In this document: one piece after another, positions 10,154 through 18,322 of the stretch
Position numbering within the stretch: position 1 is the first letter of the stretch
Layout: each line of letters begins with the position of its first letter
NCBI RefSeq assembly: GCF_009557235.1
Contig: NZ_CP045650.1
Location: forward strand, 450,001-482,000
Origin: Acinetobacter wanghuae
GTDB lineage: Bacteria; Pseudomonadota; Gammaproteobacteria; Pseudomonadales; Moraxellaceae
DNA: 32,000 nucleotides
Direction: 5' to 3'
Notes under the pieces: model-generated
What the model saw: only the letters and a program-made list of their open reading frames with translations
Told to the model about the DNA's origin: nothing
Database searches by the model: none
Position numbers and translations under genes: made by a program

Positions 10154-11680
10154 TTATTGTGCAGCAGCGTCAACTACTGGAATTTTACCAATTTTCGCTT
10201 GCCAGATTTTTGGTGCAGTTGCGTGAATTGATGTACCGTTAACATCAACCGCAACCGATACAGGCATGTCTTTTACAACAAACTTGTAGATCGCTTCCAT
10301 ACCCAAGTCAGCAAATGCAACCACTTCAGCTTCACGGATTGCTTTTGATACTAAGTATGCAGCGCCACCAACAGCCATGAGGTAAGTCGCTTTATTGTCT
10401 TTGATGGCTTCAACAGCAGCAGGACCACGGTCTGCTTTACCAATCATACCGAACATGCCAGTCGCTTCAAGCACTTGACGCGTGAACTTGTCCATACGTG
10501 TTGCAGTCGTTGGACCTGCAGGACCGACAACTTCGTCACCCACTGGATCAACAGGACCAACGTAGTAGATGAACTTGCCTTTAAGATCGACAGGGAGTTC
10601 TTCGCCCTTATTCAACATATCGACCATACGTTTATGCGCAGCATCGCGACCGGTATAAATTGTACCGTTCAGAAGCAAAGTGTCACCTGGTTGCCAAGTG
10701 TTCATTTCTTCTTGAGTGATGTTATCGAGATCAACACGTTTAGATGATGATGAGTCCCAAGTCACTTCAGGGTAGTCAGATAAGCTTGGCGCAATGATAT
10801 TTGCAACGCCTGTACCATCTAATGTGAAGTGTGCGTGACGAGTCGCAGCACAGTTTGGAATCATACCAACTGGTTTGCCCGCAGCATGACATGGGTAATC
10901 TTTGATTTTGATATCAAGCACTGTGGTTAAACCACCAAGACCTTGTGCACCAATACCCAAAGCATTTACTTTTTCGAAGATTTCGATACGCAGTTCTTCA
11001 AGTTTGCTTTGTGGACCACGACGAAGCAATTCATCCATGTCCAATTCTTCCATCAATGCTTCTTTCGCAAGCATCATGGCTTTTTCAGCTGTACCACCAA
11101 TACCGATACCGAGCATACCAGGCGGACACCAGCCTGCACCCATTGTTGGTACAGTTTTTAATACCCAATCTACGATTGAATCAGATGGATTTAACATCGC
11201 AAGTTTAGATTTATTTTCTGAACCACCACCTTTTGCAGCAACTGTAATATCAACTTTGTTACCTGGAACAAGTTTGTGATAGATCACAGCAGGGGTGTTG
11301 TCTTTAGTGTTCTTACGACCAAATGCAGGATCAGCCAGTACAGATGCACGCAGAATATTTGAGTTTTCTAAGTAACCTTGACGCACACCTTCGTTAATCG
11401 CATCGTCTAAGCTCATCGTTAAATCGAATTTAACGTCCATGCCCACTTCAACGAATACGTTTACAATACCGGTATCTTGGCAAATTGGACGATGTCCTTC
11501 TGCACACATACGAGAGTTAATTAGAATTTGTGCGATCGCATCTTTTGCAGCTTTGTTTTCTTCACGATCGTAAGCACGGCTCATCGCTTGGATGAAATCC
11601 TGTGGGTGATAGTAAGAAATGAACTGAAGCGCATCTTTAACCGATGTGATCAAGTCATCTTGCTTGATAATAGTTGTCAT
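10154..11680 (-). CDS. fumA: Class I (Fe-S cluster) fumarate hydratase, single-chain form of about 500 aa
   Basis: 508-aa ORF starting MTTIIKQDDLITSVKDALQFISYYHPQDFIQAM. It contains ICQDTGIVNVF and GGGSENKS, and the C-terminal half resembles the fumarase/tartrate dehydratase beta domain. Confidence 0.92.
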   Translation of the reverse strand: MTTIIKQDDLITSVKDALQFISYYHPQDFIQAMSRAYDREENKAAKDAIAQILINSRMCAEGHRPICQDTGIVNVFVEVGMDVKFDLTMSLDDAINEGVRQGYLENSNILRASVLADPAFGRKNTKDNTPAVIYHKLVPGNKVDITVAAKGGGSENKSKLAMLNPSDSIVDWVLKTVPTMGAGWCPPGMLGIGIGGTAEKAMMLAKEALMEELDMDELLRRGPQSKLEELRIEIFEKVNALGIGAQGLGGLTTVLDIKIKDYPCHAAGKPVGMIPNCAATRHAHFTLDGTGVANIIAPSLSDYPEVTWDSSSSKRVDLDNITQEEMNTWQPGDTLLLNGTIYTGRDAAHKRMVDMLNKGEELPVDLKGKFIYYVGPVDPVGDEVVGPAGPTTATRMDKFTRQVLEATGMFGMIGKADRGPAAVEAIKDNKATYLMAVGGAAYLVSKAIREAEVVAFADLGMEAIYKFVVKDMPVSVAVDVNGTSIHATAPKIWQAKIGKIPVVDAAAQ

Positions 11681-11792
11681 ACAAAAATCTCTTGAGCGGG
11701 CTGATAGCTAGCGGGCTAAATTATAAGATAAAAAGCCAAAGTTGTGGGCGTTTATACGCCGATTTGGGTCTAAAGTTTAATGTGATGATTGC

Positions 11793-11866
11793 CTGTCATA
11801 TTGATGATGAAAATGGTCATATATGACAATGAAAGTGTCATATAAGTTGTCATATTTCATGTCATA
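11793..11866 (+). promoter_or_regulatory. Phased array of five same-strand (C/T)GTCATA half-sites, one forming a 12-bp perfect palindrome
   Basis: GTCATA starts at 11795, 11816, 11837, 11849 and 11861, giving spacings of 21, 21, 12 and 12 bp. GTCATATATGAC (11816-11827) is a perfect palindrome. The core matches the Pho box repeat further downstream. Confidence 0.45.
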
Positions 11867-11942
11867 AACGATCAAAAATACATAATATTGTTGTAAGTAT
11901 TTGAATTTTATTTATATAGTGAATATTACAAGGCTTTTCATA

Positions 11943-11976
11943 TTGTCATATAACTGTCATATAACTTTCGCATAAT
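11943..11976 (+). promoter_or_regulatory. Pho box (PhoB-type direct repeats) plus -10 element
   Basis: TTGTCATATAACTGTCAT (11943-11960) matches CTGTCATAWAWCTGTCAY at 17 of 18 positions. Two perfect 11-bp units (TGTCATATAAC) are followed by two degenerate ones. CATAAT (11971-11976) sits exactly 10 bp after the box, and there is no -35 hexamer. Confidence 0.6.
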
Positions 11977-12004
11977 GCACATATCGAAACTAGAGGATGT
12001 TTTT

Positions 12005-12091
12005 ATGATTACAATCGTTGCTTCTGTTGTTGGTTTTTCTATGTATATCGCAGCAACTTGGTTCTACGGTCAGCAAGAAGATCAAGCATAA
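12005..12091 (+). CDS. Candidate 28-aa small hydrophobic (single-helix) protein
   Basis: GAGGA (11993-11997), a 7-nt spacer and ATG at 12005. The peptide is MITIVASVVGFSMYIAATWFYGQQEDQA. It is bracketed by the Pho-box promoter and a terminator that overlaps the stop codon. It is too short for the ORF track, and I cannot assess conservation here. Confidence 0.45.
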   Translation: MITIVASVVGFSMYIAATWFYGQQEDQA

Positions 12092-12111
12092 GGCTTTATC
12101 TTCTTTTTTTT
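12077..12111 (+). terminator. Rho-independent terminator of the micro-gene
   Basis: GAAGATcAAGC (12077-12087) pairs with GCTTtATCTTC (12093-12103) around an ATAAG loop, followed by T8 (12104-12111). The hairpin contains the TAA stop codon (12089-12091). Confidence 0.6.
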
Positions 12112-12140
12112 GCTTTTAATTTTATAAAAATAATATTCTT

Positions 12141-12273
12141 CTCAAATCTCAAATCTCAAATCTCAAATCTCAAATCTCAAATCTCAAATCTCAAATCTCA
12201 AATCTCAAATCTCAAATCTCAAATCTCAAATCTCAAATCTCAAATCTCAAATCTCAAATCTCAAATCTCAAAT
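12141..12273. repeat. Perfect heptanucleotide microsatellite, (CTCAAAT) x 19
   Basis: Counted directly: 133 bp with no interruptions. It lies between the terminators of two convergent units. Confidence 0.98.
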
Positions 12274-12373
12274 TGATGATCAGCTTCATTTAATCCTTTC
12301 GCTTTTCAGCATTCCCAAAAATATTAATGTTTGCTGCCAAAACTTATTTCATAGATTCATTAAATATCAGACG

Positions 12374-12401
12374 TAAAAAAAGCACTTAAAAGTGCTTTTT
12401 T
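12374..12401. terminator. Terminator of the cold-shock gene; bidirectional in form
   Basis: AAAAAAAGCACTTAAAAGTGCTTTTTT: stem AGCACT/AGTGCT with an A-run and a T-run on either side. Confidence 0.8.
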
Positions 12402-12418
12402 GAGATGCTTATTGCTGC

Positions 12419-12634
12419 TTAGATTGCAACGATATTTACAGCATTCGGGCCTTTTTGACCTTGAGCAACGCTGAATTCAACTTGTTGACCTTCAAGAAGC
12501 GTCTTAAAGCCTGAACTTGCGATTTCGCTAAAATGAGCAAAAACATCTGGACCTGATTCTTGTTGAATGAAACCAAAACCTTTAGTTTCGTTGAACCACT
12601 TTACAGTACCTTTAACAACAGCTGAGTTAGACAT
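12419..12634 (-). CDS. Cold-shock protein, CspA family
   Basis: 71-aa ORF with RNP1 (KGFGFI) and RNP2 (VFAHF) motifs. An AGGA SD lies 5 nt upstream. Confidence 0.95.
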   Translation of the reverse strand: MSNSAVVKGTVKWFNETKGFGFIQQESGPDVFAHFSEIASSGFKTLLEGQQVEFSVAQGQKGPNAVNIVAI

Positions 12635-12803
12635 AATAAATCCTATTGATTTTTAATAATTTTTAGCCATTTTAATGACTGATTATAACTTGGAAAAATA
12701 ACAAAGAATGAAACTTAAAATCTGAAAAAAACGCAGGATTATGACTAAAACGACGATACTTAAAGAAGATTTACCGAAACAATACTTTTTTCTAGTTAAG
12801 TTC

Positions 12804-12831
12804 ACTATACAGCTATTTCATGAATAATCAA
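12804..12831 (-). promoter_or_regulatory. Candidate sigma70 promoter of csp, implying a leader of about 160 nt
   Basis: On the minus strand, TTGATT (12831-12826), a 16-nt spacer and TATAGT (12809-12804). An AT-rich UP-like tract lies upstream. This would give a long 5' UTR, as in E. coli cspA. Confidence 0.45.
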
Positions 12832-12882
12832 GTTTTTTGATATATATATTAAAATTATTTATTAAATACCTTTGTAAGGGAT

Positions 12883-12928
12883 AAAAAAAGAAGCTGTCAT
12901 CTAAAAAATGTTCAATGGCAGCTTCTTT
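12883..12928 (-). terminator. Terminator of the ackA-pta operon
   Basis: GAAGCTGTCAT pairs with ATGGCAGCTTC (one G-U pair). The 14-nt loop is long, and a T-run follows on the minus strand. Confidence 0.6.
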
Positions 12929-12935
12929 TTAGTAT

Positions 12936-15074
12936 TTAATCGCTTTGTTGTTCAGCTTGAATCGCGGTTAATGCAATGGTGAAGACAATATCATCGACCA
13001 ATGCACCACGAGACAAGTCATTCACGGGTTTATTTAAACCTTGTAACATCGGTCCAACACTGACGACATTGGCAGAGCGCTGTACCGCTTTATAGGTCGT
13101 ATTTCCGGTATTTAAATCAGGGAAAATAAAGACATTGGCACGACCAGCCACTTTTGAATCGGGTGCTTTTGAACGACCGACGCTTTCTACAGAGGCTGCA
13201 TCGTATTGTAATGGTCCATCAATGAGTAAATCAGGACGACGCTCTTTGGCAATACGGGTCGCTTCAGCCACTTTTTCAACATCAGCACCTGTGCCCGATG
13301 TACCTGTTGAATAAGAAATCATGGCAATACGTGGATCAATACCGAAGGCTTTGGCAGAGTCTGCAGACTGAATTGCAATTTCAGCCAGTTGTTCAGCATT
13401 AGGGTCTGGATTAATCGCGCAATCACCATAGACATAGACTTCATCGGGTAACAACATAAAGAATACCGATGATACCAATGAATAATCAGGTGCAGTTTTA
13501 ATGAGCTGGAATGCAGGACGAACGGTATTAGCGGTGGTATGTACGGCACCCGATACCAAGCCATCGACTTGATCCAATGCCAACATCATCGTGCCTAAAA
13601 CCACGCTATCTTGCAGTTGCTCACGCGCTTGCAACTCATTGATTTTGCCTTTACGTAGCTCGACCATTGAAGATACGTAAGTTTCACGAATTAAATCAGG
13701 ATCGATGATTTCTAGATCATTTGGAAGTTCAATGCCACGCGCTTTTGCAAGGTCAACCACCGCTTCAGGTTTAGCCAATAAAATACAATGCGCAATACCA
13801 CGCGATTGGCAGATAGCTGCCGCTTGAATGGTACGTGGTTCATCGCCTTCAGGCAGTACAATGCGTTTTTTAGCTGCAATCGATTTTTGTACCAACTCAT
13901 GACGGAAGGCAGAAGGGGATAAACGTGGTTGATAAGAGCCGTTTAATGTAGCTGTAAGCCAATCAGGATTGAGGTGACTTGATACAAAACGTGTCACTTG
14001 TTGCGCGCGTTCAGTATCATCGACTGGAATTTCATTGCTTAAATTGCTAAGTTTTTGTGCGGTTTCAAAGGTGTTTAATGTCGTGTGTAAAATCGGTAAG
14101 CCTTGCTTAATCGCACTTTGACAGAAGTTAAGTACACTGTTGTTCGGCTGGTGATTTTCAGTCAGCACCAAACCTGCAAGCGGAATACCATTACTGCTGG
14201 CTAAGCTACTTGCGAGTAAAACATCAATTCGATCTGACGCACTGATAATCAGTTCACCCGCAACAAATTTATGTAATTCGTGCTCAATATTGGCAGAAAT
14301 TAAACTGCTATGCTGAACACGGCGTTGACTCGCTTCGCCTTCATTAATCCAATGTGCTGAAATGTGTGCTGCCAAATCGCTCATGCGCGGTACGCTCAGT
14401 GTTTTACTAAACGGCACCAAACCAATAACAGGTAATTTTTCTGTACCAATATGTGCATGAATTTTTTGCAAGGCTTGAGTAAATTGCGCTGTTTCTGTGG
14501 TTAAGCGTAAATTCGGATCGAGTGTCACTGGAATTTGCGCAGATTCTTCAGATAAGCCTTTGGTACGCATAAACAATATGCCAGACAGACGAGTTGTATC
14601 CGCACCACCAAAATGACGAATTTGATTTTCAACTTTATCCGCACAGATTGCAGGTTGATTCAAATCTGCTTGGCTGACAATCACCACTTTTGCATCAAGG
14701 GCTTGTACAAGGCTTGCGTTTAAATCATCTACGAAACGATCATGCCCATTCGGCACTAAGCCTTCGACAATAATAAAATCATGATTTTTTGCGACTTCTC
14801 GATGTAAACGAACCGCTTCTTCTAACAGTTCATCTTGCTCGCCTAAACTCAGTTGTTGCATCACGGTACTATAGGCAATGGGTTCGACTGTTTGCTGATG
14901 TGACAAATGTCGATAGAGGGCAGTGGTTCGGTCTTCATCAGAAAATTGATCTTGTGAAAAAGGTTTCAAAAACCCGATATTCACGCCTTGGCATTCAAGG
15001 GCATAGATTAAACCTAAACATGCAGACGTTAAGCCAACGCCTTCACCAGTTGGAACCAATACTATTGTTTTCAT
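12936..15074 (-). CDS. pta: Phosphate acetyltransferase (long, three-domain form)
   Basis: 712-aa ORF starting MKTIVLVPTGEGVGLTS, with a C-terminal PTA catalytic domain (...YSTGTSG...FIFPDLNTGNTTYKAVQR). It lies immediately downstream of ackA. Confidence 0.95.
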   Translation of the reverse strand: MKTIVLVPTGEGVGLTSACLGLIYALECQGVNIGFLKPFSQDQFSDEDRTTALYRHLSHQQTVEPIAYSTVMQQLSLGEQDELLEEAVRLHREVAKNHDFIIVEGLVPNGHDRFVDDLNASLVQALDAKVVIVSQADLNQPAICADKVENQIRHFGGADTTRLSGILFMRTKGLSEESAQIPVTLDPNLRLTTETAQFTQALQKIHAHIGTEKLPVIGLVPFSKTLSVPRMSDLAAHISAHWINEGEASQRRVQHSSLISANIEHELHKFVAGELIISASDRIDVLLASSLASSNGIPLAGLVLTENHQPNNSVLNFCQSAIKQGLPILHTTLNTFETAQKLSNLSNEIPVDDTERAQQVTRFVSSHLNPDWLTATLNGSYQPRLSPSAFRHELVQKSIAAKKRIVLPEGDEPRTIQAAAICQSRGIAHCILLAKPEAVVDLAKARGIELPNDLEIIDPDLIRETYVSSMVELRKGKINELQAREQLQDSVVLGTMMLALDQVDGLVSGAVHTTANTVRPAFQLIKTAPDYSLVSSVFFMLLPDEVYVYGDCAINPDPNAEQLAEIAIQSADSAKAFGIDPRIAMISYSTGTSGTGADVEKVAEATRIAKERRPDLLIDGPLQYDAASVESVGRSKAPDSKVAGRANVFIFPDLNTGNTTYKAVQRSANVVSVGPMLQGLNKPVNDLSRGALVDDIVFTIALTAIQAEQQSD

Positions 15075-15127
15075 AAGGGATCAAGATCTTTAAAGTTTAA
15101 ATAAAGGTATAGCGACACTAAACTTGC

Positions 15128-16348
15128 TTACGCAAGTTCAGTTTTCAATTCAGACTTTTTTAGTAATTGCTGTCCCACATGAGCATCCACCACATGATGG
15201 ACTTCTTGTGCAATACGACCTTCTTCATCGGTTGGAACGACCCAGATTTGTGGACCTGTTCCTGCATCAATACGTCCTTCAGTGCCACGTTTTAAGGCAT
15301 TATTGGCATCTTTGTTTAAATTGAAACCGAAGTGTGGCAAGTAAGACATCGTTTTTTCACGAATATAAGCTGAGTTTTCACCAATACCACCTGTGAAGAA
15401 CAAACCATTTAATTCAGGCAGTCCGCAGCTTAATGCAGCCAAAGATTTTGCTAAACGGTAGCAGAAGACTTCAATCGCTAAAGTGGCATCTTCATTCCCT
15501 TTTTCAGAGGCATCGATCAAAGTACGCATATCATTAGATAAATCTGACAGCCCCAAGAGACCTGATTGGCTATTGAGCATTTTGTCAATTTTGTAAATAT
15601 CCCAACCGAGGTTTTTCGCAAGGAAGCTATGTAAGCTTGGGTCTACATCACCACTACGCGTACCCATGACTAAGCCTTCAAGCGGGGTTAAGCCCATAGA
15701 GGTATCGACGCTTTGACCATTCCAAATGGCACAGGTTGAGCTACCATTGCCCAAATGTGCAGTGAGCCAACCGCCCTGTTTAAAACTGCCTGCTAATGCA
15801 GAACCACGCTCAGAAACATAGGCATGACTGGTGCCATGGAAGCCATAACGACGTACCCCATGCTCAGTATATAAAAACTTTGGCACAGCGTAACGATAAG
15901 CATGCGCAGGCATGGTTTGATGGAAGGCAGTATCAAACACAGCCACTTGTGGTAGGTCAGGGAATAAACGTTGTGTCGCTTCAATGCCAATCAAATGGGC
16001 ATGGTTATGTAAAGGTGCTAAAGGAATTGCAGCACGAATATGTTCAATAATATCATCGTTAATGAGTTCAGCTTTGGTTAAGCTGCCGCCGTGAACTACA
16101 CGGTGACCAATCGCGTCAGGCTTATAATTCGCAAGGCGTTCTAAACCCACTTCAAGTGCTTTTTTATGATCGGCAAAGGGGATATGAATATCGACCGGTT
16201 CATTGCCAACGGTGACCCCTTTAATACGGGCATCTGCTGTCCCTAGGTTTTCAGCTAAACCATGAATACGGAAATCTTGTTGCTCTAAAAGTAGCGCAAA
16301 CTTGATTGAAGACGAACCACAATTAATTACCAATACTGATTTAGACAC
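15128..16348 (-). CDS. ackA: Acetate kinase
   Basis: 406-aa ORF containing [22 protein letters not shown] and FTGGIGENS. The start codon at 16348 is GTG. Confidence 0.95.
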   Translation of the reverse strand: MSKSVLVINCGSSSIKFALLLEQQDFRIHGLAENLGTADARIKGVTVGNEPVDIHIPFADHKKALEVGLERLANYKPDAIGHRVVHGGSLTKAELINDDIIEHIRAAIPLAPLHNHAHLIGIEATQRLFPDLPQVAVFDTAFHQTMPAHAYRYAVPKFLYTEHGVRRYGFHGTSHAYVSERGSALAGSFKQGGWLTAHLGNGSSTCAIWNGQSVDTSMGLTPLEGLVMGTRSGDVDPSLHSFLAKNLGWDIYKIDKMLNSQSGLLGLSDLSNDMRTLIDASEKGNEDATLAIEVFCYRLAKSLAALSCGLPELNGLFFTGGIGENSAYIREKTMSYLPHFGFNLNKDANNALKRGTEGRIDAGTGPQIWVVPTDEEGRIAQEVHHVVDAHVGQQLLKKSELKTELA

Positions 16349-16701
16349 GATTGAACACCCAATTTTTTAATTAAAATTCTCATCCATTAGTTGATCTTTT
16401 TTGCTGGCAAATGGCGAACATTTCAGATCAGTTGCATTGTTTTATCATTAGATTTTTCTAGACTCTAGATAGACTTTAGCAGATTAGACTTAAGCACTAT
16501 CGACCAACGTGACAATAATAACTAAAATTTATCAGCTGATCGTTTTCATTTATAAATAAAATGATGCTGAATATTTAAACGCATTGACCACTTAGAATAT
16601 TTATAACATGGATCTTTTTTATTCTCTATCCGATCCAAAGCTTGTTGTGAATACAATGACACATTGATACAGATCTCTAGATCTCTTTTATCTGCCGTGA
16701 T

Positions 16702-16731
16702 AAAAAAAGCCCTGAAAACAGGGCTTTTTTT
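16702..16731 (-). terminator. Terminator of proA; bidirectional in form
   Basis: AAAAAAAGCCCTGAAAACAGGGCTTTTTTT: stem AGCCCTG/CAGGGCT. Confidence 0.85.
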
Positions 16732-16740
16732 ATGAGTAAA

Positions 16741-18006
16741 TTATTGGCGAATTTGTCCGTCACCGAACACAATCCATTTTTGTGAGGTTAAACCTTCAAG
16801 TCCAACAGGACCACGCGCGTGAATTTTATCGGTAGAAATCCCAATTTCAGCACCTAAACCATACTCAAAACCATCGGCAAAACGCGTCGATGCGTTAATC
16901 ATTACTGAGCTTGAGTCGACCGCTGCCAAGAATTCACGGGCAAGGCTATAATTTCCAGTAATAATAGAATCCGTATGGTGTGAGCCATATTTATTAATAT
17001 GCTCAATGGCTTCTTCAATGCCTGAAACAATTTTTACTGCCAAGATTGGACCGAGATATTCTTCATACCAATCTTCTTCAGAGGCAGTGACGACACGGTC
17101 ACCTAAAATAGCACGCACCTGTGGACAGCCACGTAGTTCAACTTGTTTTTCTGCATACAGTTCAGCAACTAAAGGTAGGAATTCTGCTGCGACTTTTTCA
17201 TCGACAAGTAAGGTTTCCATCGCATTACACACACCATAACGATGCGTTTTTGCATTCAGCGCAATTGGTAATGCTTTTTGTAGATCGGCTTGCGCTTCCA
17301 CATAAACATGGCAGTTACCATCCAAATGTTTAATCACTGGCACGCGTGCATCGTTGCTAATACGTTCAATTAAGCTTTTGCCACCGCGTGGCACAATCAC
17401 GTCCACATATTCGGACATGGTAATCAATTGACCCACAGCAGCACGATCTGCGGTTTGAATCACTTGAACCGCTGCTTGTGGCAAACCTGCAACGCTTAAA
17501 CCGTGCTGTACCGCAATAGCGATGGCTTTATTCGATTCAATTGCTTCTGAACCACCGCGCAAAATAATGGCATTACCTGATTTTAGCGCAAGTGATGCAG
17601 CCTCAATGGTCACGTTCGGACGCGATTCATAAATCATGCCGACGACGCCTAAAGGCACGCGCATTTTACCGAGTTGAATACCTGACGGACGGAATGCCAT
17701 ATCGGTGATTTCACCAATCGGATCTTTCAGGCTAATGACATCTTTTAAGCCGTCTAACATTGCTGCAAAGCGTGCGGGAGTCAGTTCTAAGCGATCAAGC
17801 AAGGCACTGTCTAAATTGTTTTGATGTGCTCTTTGCATATCCACTTGGTTTGCAGCCAAAATATCAGCTTGGCTGTTTTGTAAAGCGGTGTAAATCGCTG
17901 ACAATGCATTATTTTTTATTTCGGTAGACGCGCGAGCCAACACACGAGATGCTTGACGTGCTTGTTGTCCGACCGTTTGCATATATTGTTGAATAGACTC
18001 TTGCAT
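16741..18006 (-). CDS. proA: Gamma-glutamyl phosphate reductase
   Basis: Aldehyde dehydrogenase-type fold with ...CNAMETLLV... I chose the first ATG (18006, [21 protein letters not shown], 421 aa). The ORF track extends the frame to a TTG at 18072. The start is uncertain because there is no strong SD. Confidence 0.88.
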   Translation of the reverse strand: MQESIQQYMQTVGQQARQASRVLARASTEIKNNALSAIYTALQNSQADILAANQVDMQRAHQNNLDSALLDRLELTPARFAAMLDGLKDVISLKDPIGEITDMAFRPSGIQLGKMRVPLGVVGMIYESRPNVTIEAASLALKSGNAIILRGGSEAIESNKAIAIAVQHGLSVAGLPQAAVQVIQTADRAAVGQLITMSEYVDVIVPRGGKSLIERISNDARVPVIKHLDGNCHVYVEAQADLQKALPIALNAKTHRYGVCNAMETLLVDEKVAAEFLPLVAELYAEKQVELRGCPQVRAILGDRVVTASEEDWYEEYLGPILAVKIVSGIEEAIEHINKYGSHHTDSIITGNYSLAREFLAAVDSSSVMINASTRFADGFEYGLGAEIGISTDKIHARGPVGLEGLTSQKWIVFGDGQIRQ

Positions 18007-18322
18007 GGCGGTTTGATCACTTAGAAATTTCACTTCGATATTAACAGTCTGTGACTCGACAATGAAGTGCAATACAGAAAAATCACAGAGAAGTCAGTCT
18101 TTGTAAACATTTTGAAATTGTTTTCTGCTTAAAAGTAGATAAGCGGTTGTATTATCGGTTGCTTGTCAAAACAACCTCTGTATAAAATGAAATAAGCGAC
18201 ATGAAGTCATACCAATAACGATTAGAGAGCAGGACGCATCATCGAGTGAATGAACCTTGATGTATGAAAACGCTAAAAAATTTCTTGCACAATAACAATA
18301 AGCAAGGATGGAGGAAAGGAAT

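Noticed and set aside
10475-11279. Plus-strand ORFs overlapping the fumarase gene (10475-10747, 10902-11279, 10943-11208)
   Set aside because: All lie antisense within a well-supported CDS. Their products are Ser/Pro/Thr-rich with no motifs or RBS.
12141-12273. Possible CRISPR array
   Set aside because: The 7-bp units are contiguous with no spacers. There are no cas genes and no leader. It is a microsatellite, not a CRISPR array.
12058-12276. 72-aa ORF in the track that reads through the heptamer array as SNLKSQI repeats
   Set aside because: It starts at a TTG inside the 28-codon micro-ORF and has no RBS. It runs straight through a hairpin plus T8 terminator. It is open only because the CTCAAAT unit has no stop in any plus-strand frame. 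It is best explained as an artefact of the repeat.
12254-12289. Minus-strand 11-codon ORF (MKLIINLRFEI) with an AAGGA 4 nt upstream, reading into the heptamer array
   Set aside because: It is too short to evaluate. It stops in the first repeat units, so copy number would not alter it. No promoter is evident, and it sits between two terminators.
16459-16686. TAGACT x3 (16459, 16470, 16485) and tandem AGATCTCT x2 (16671-16686) upstream of ackA
   Set aside because: These are short, low-complexity repeats in AT-rich DNA with irregular spacing. There is no associated ORF, hairpin or known motif, so the evidence is too weak for a finding.
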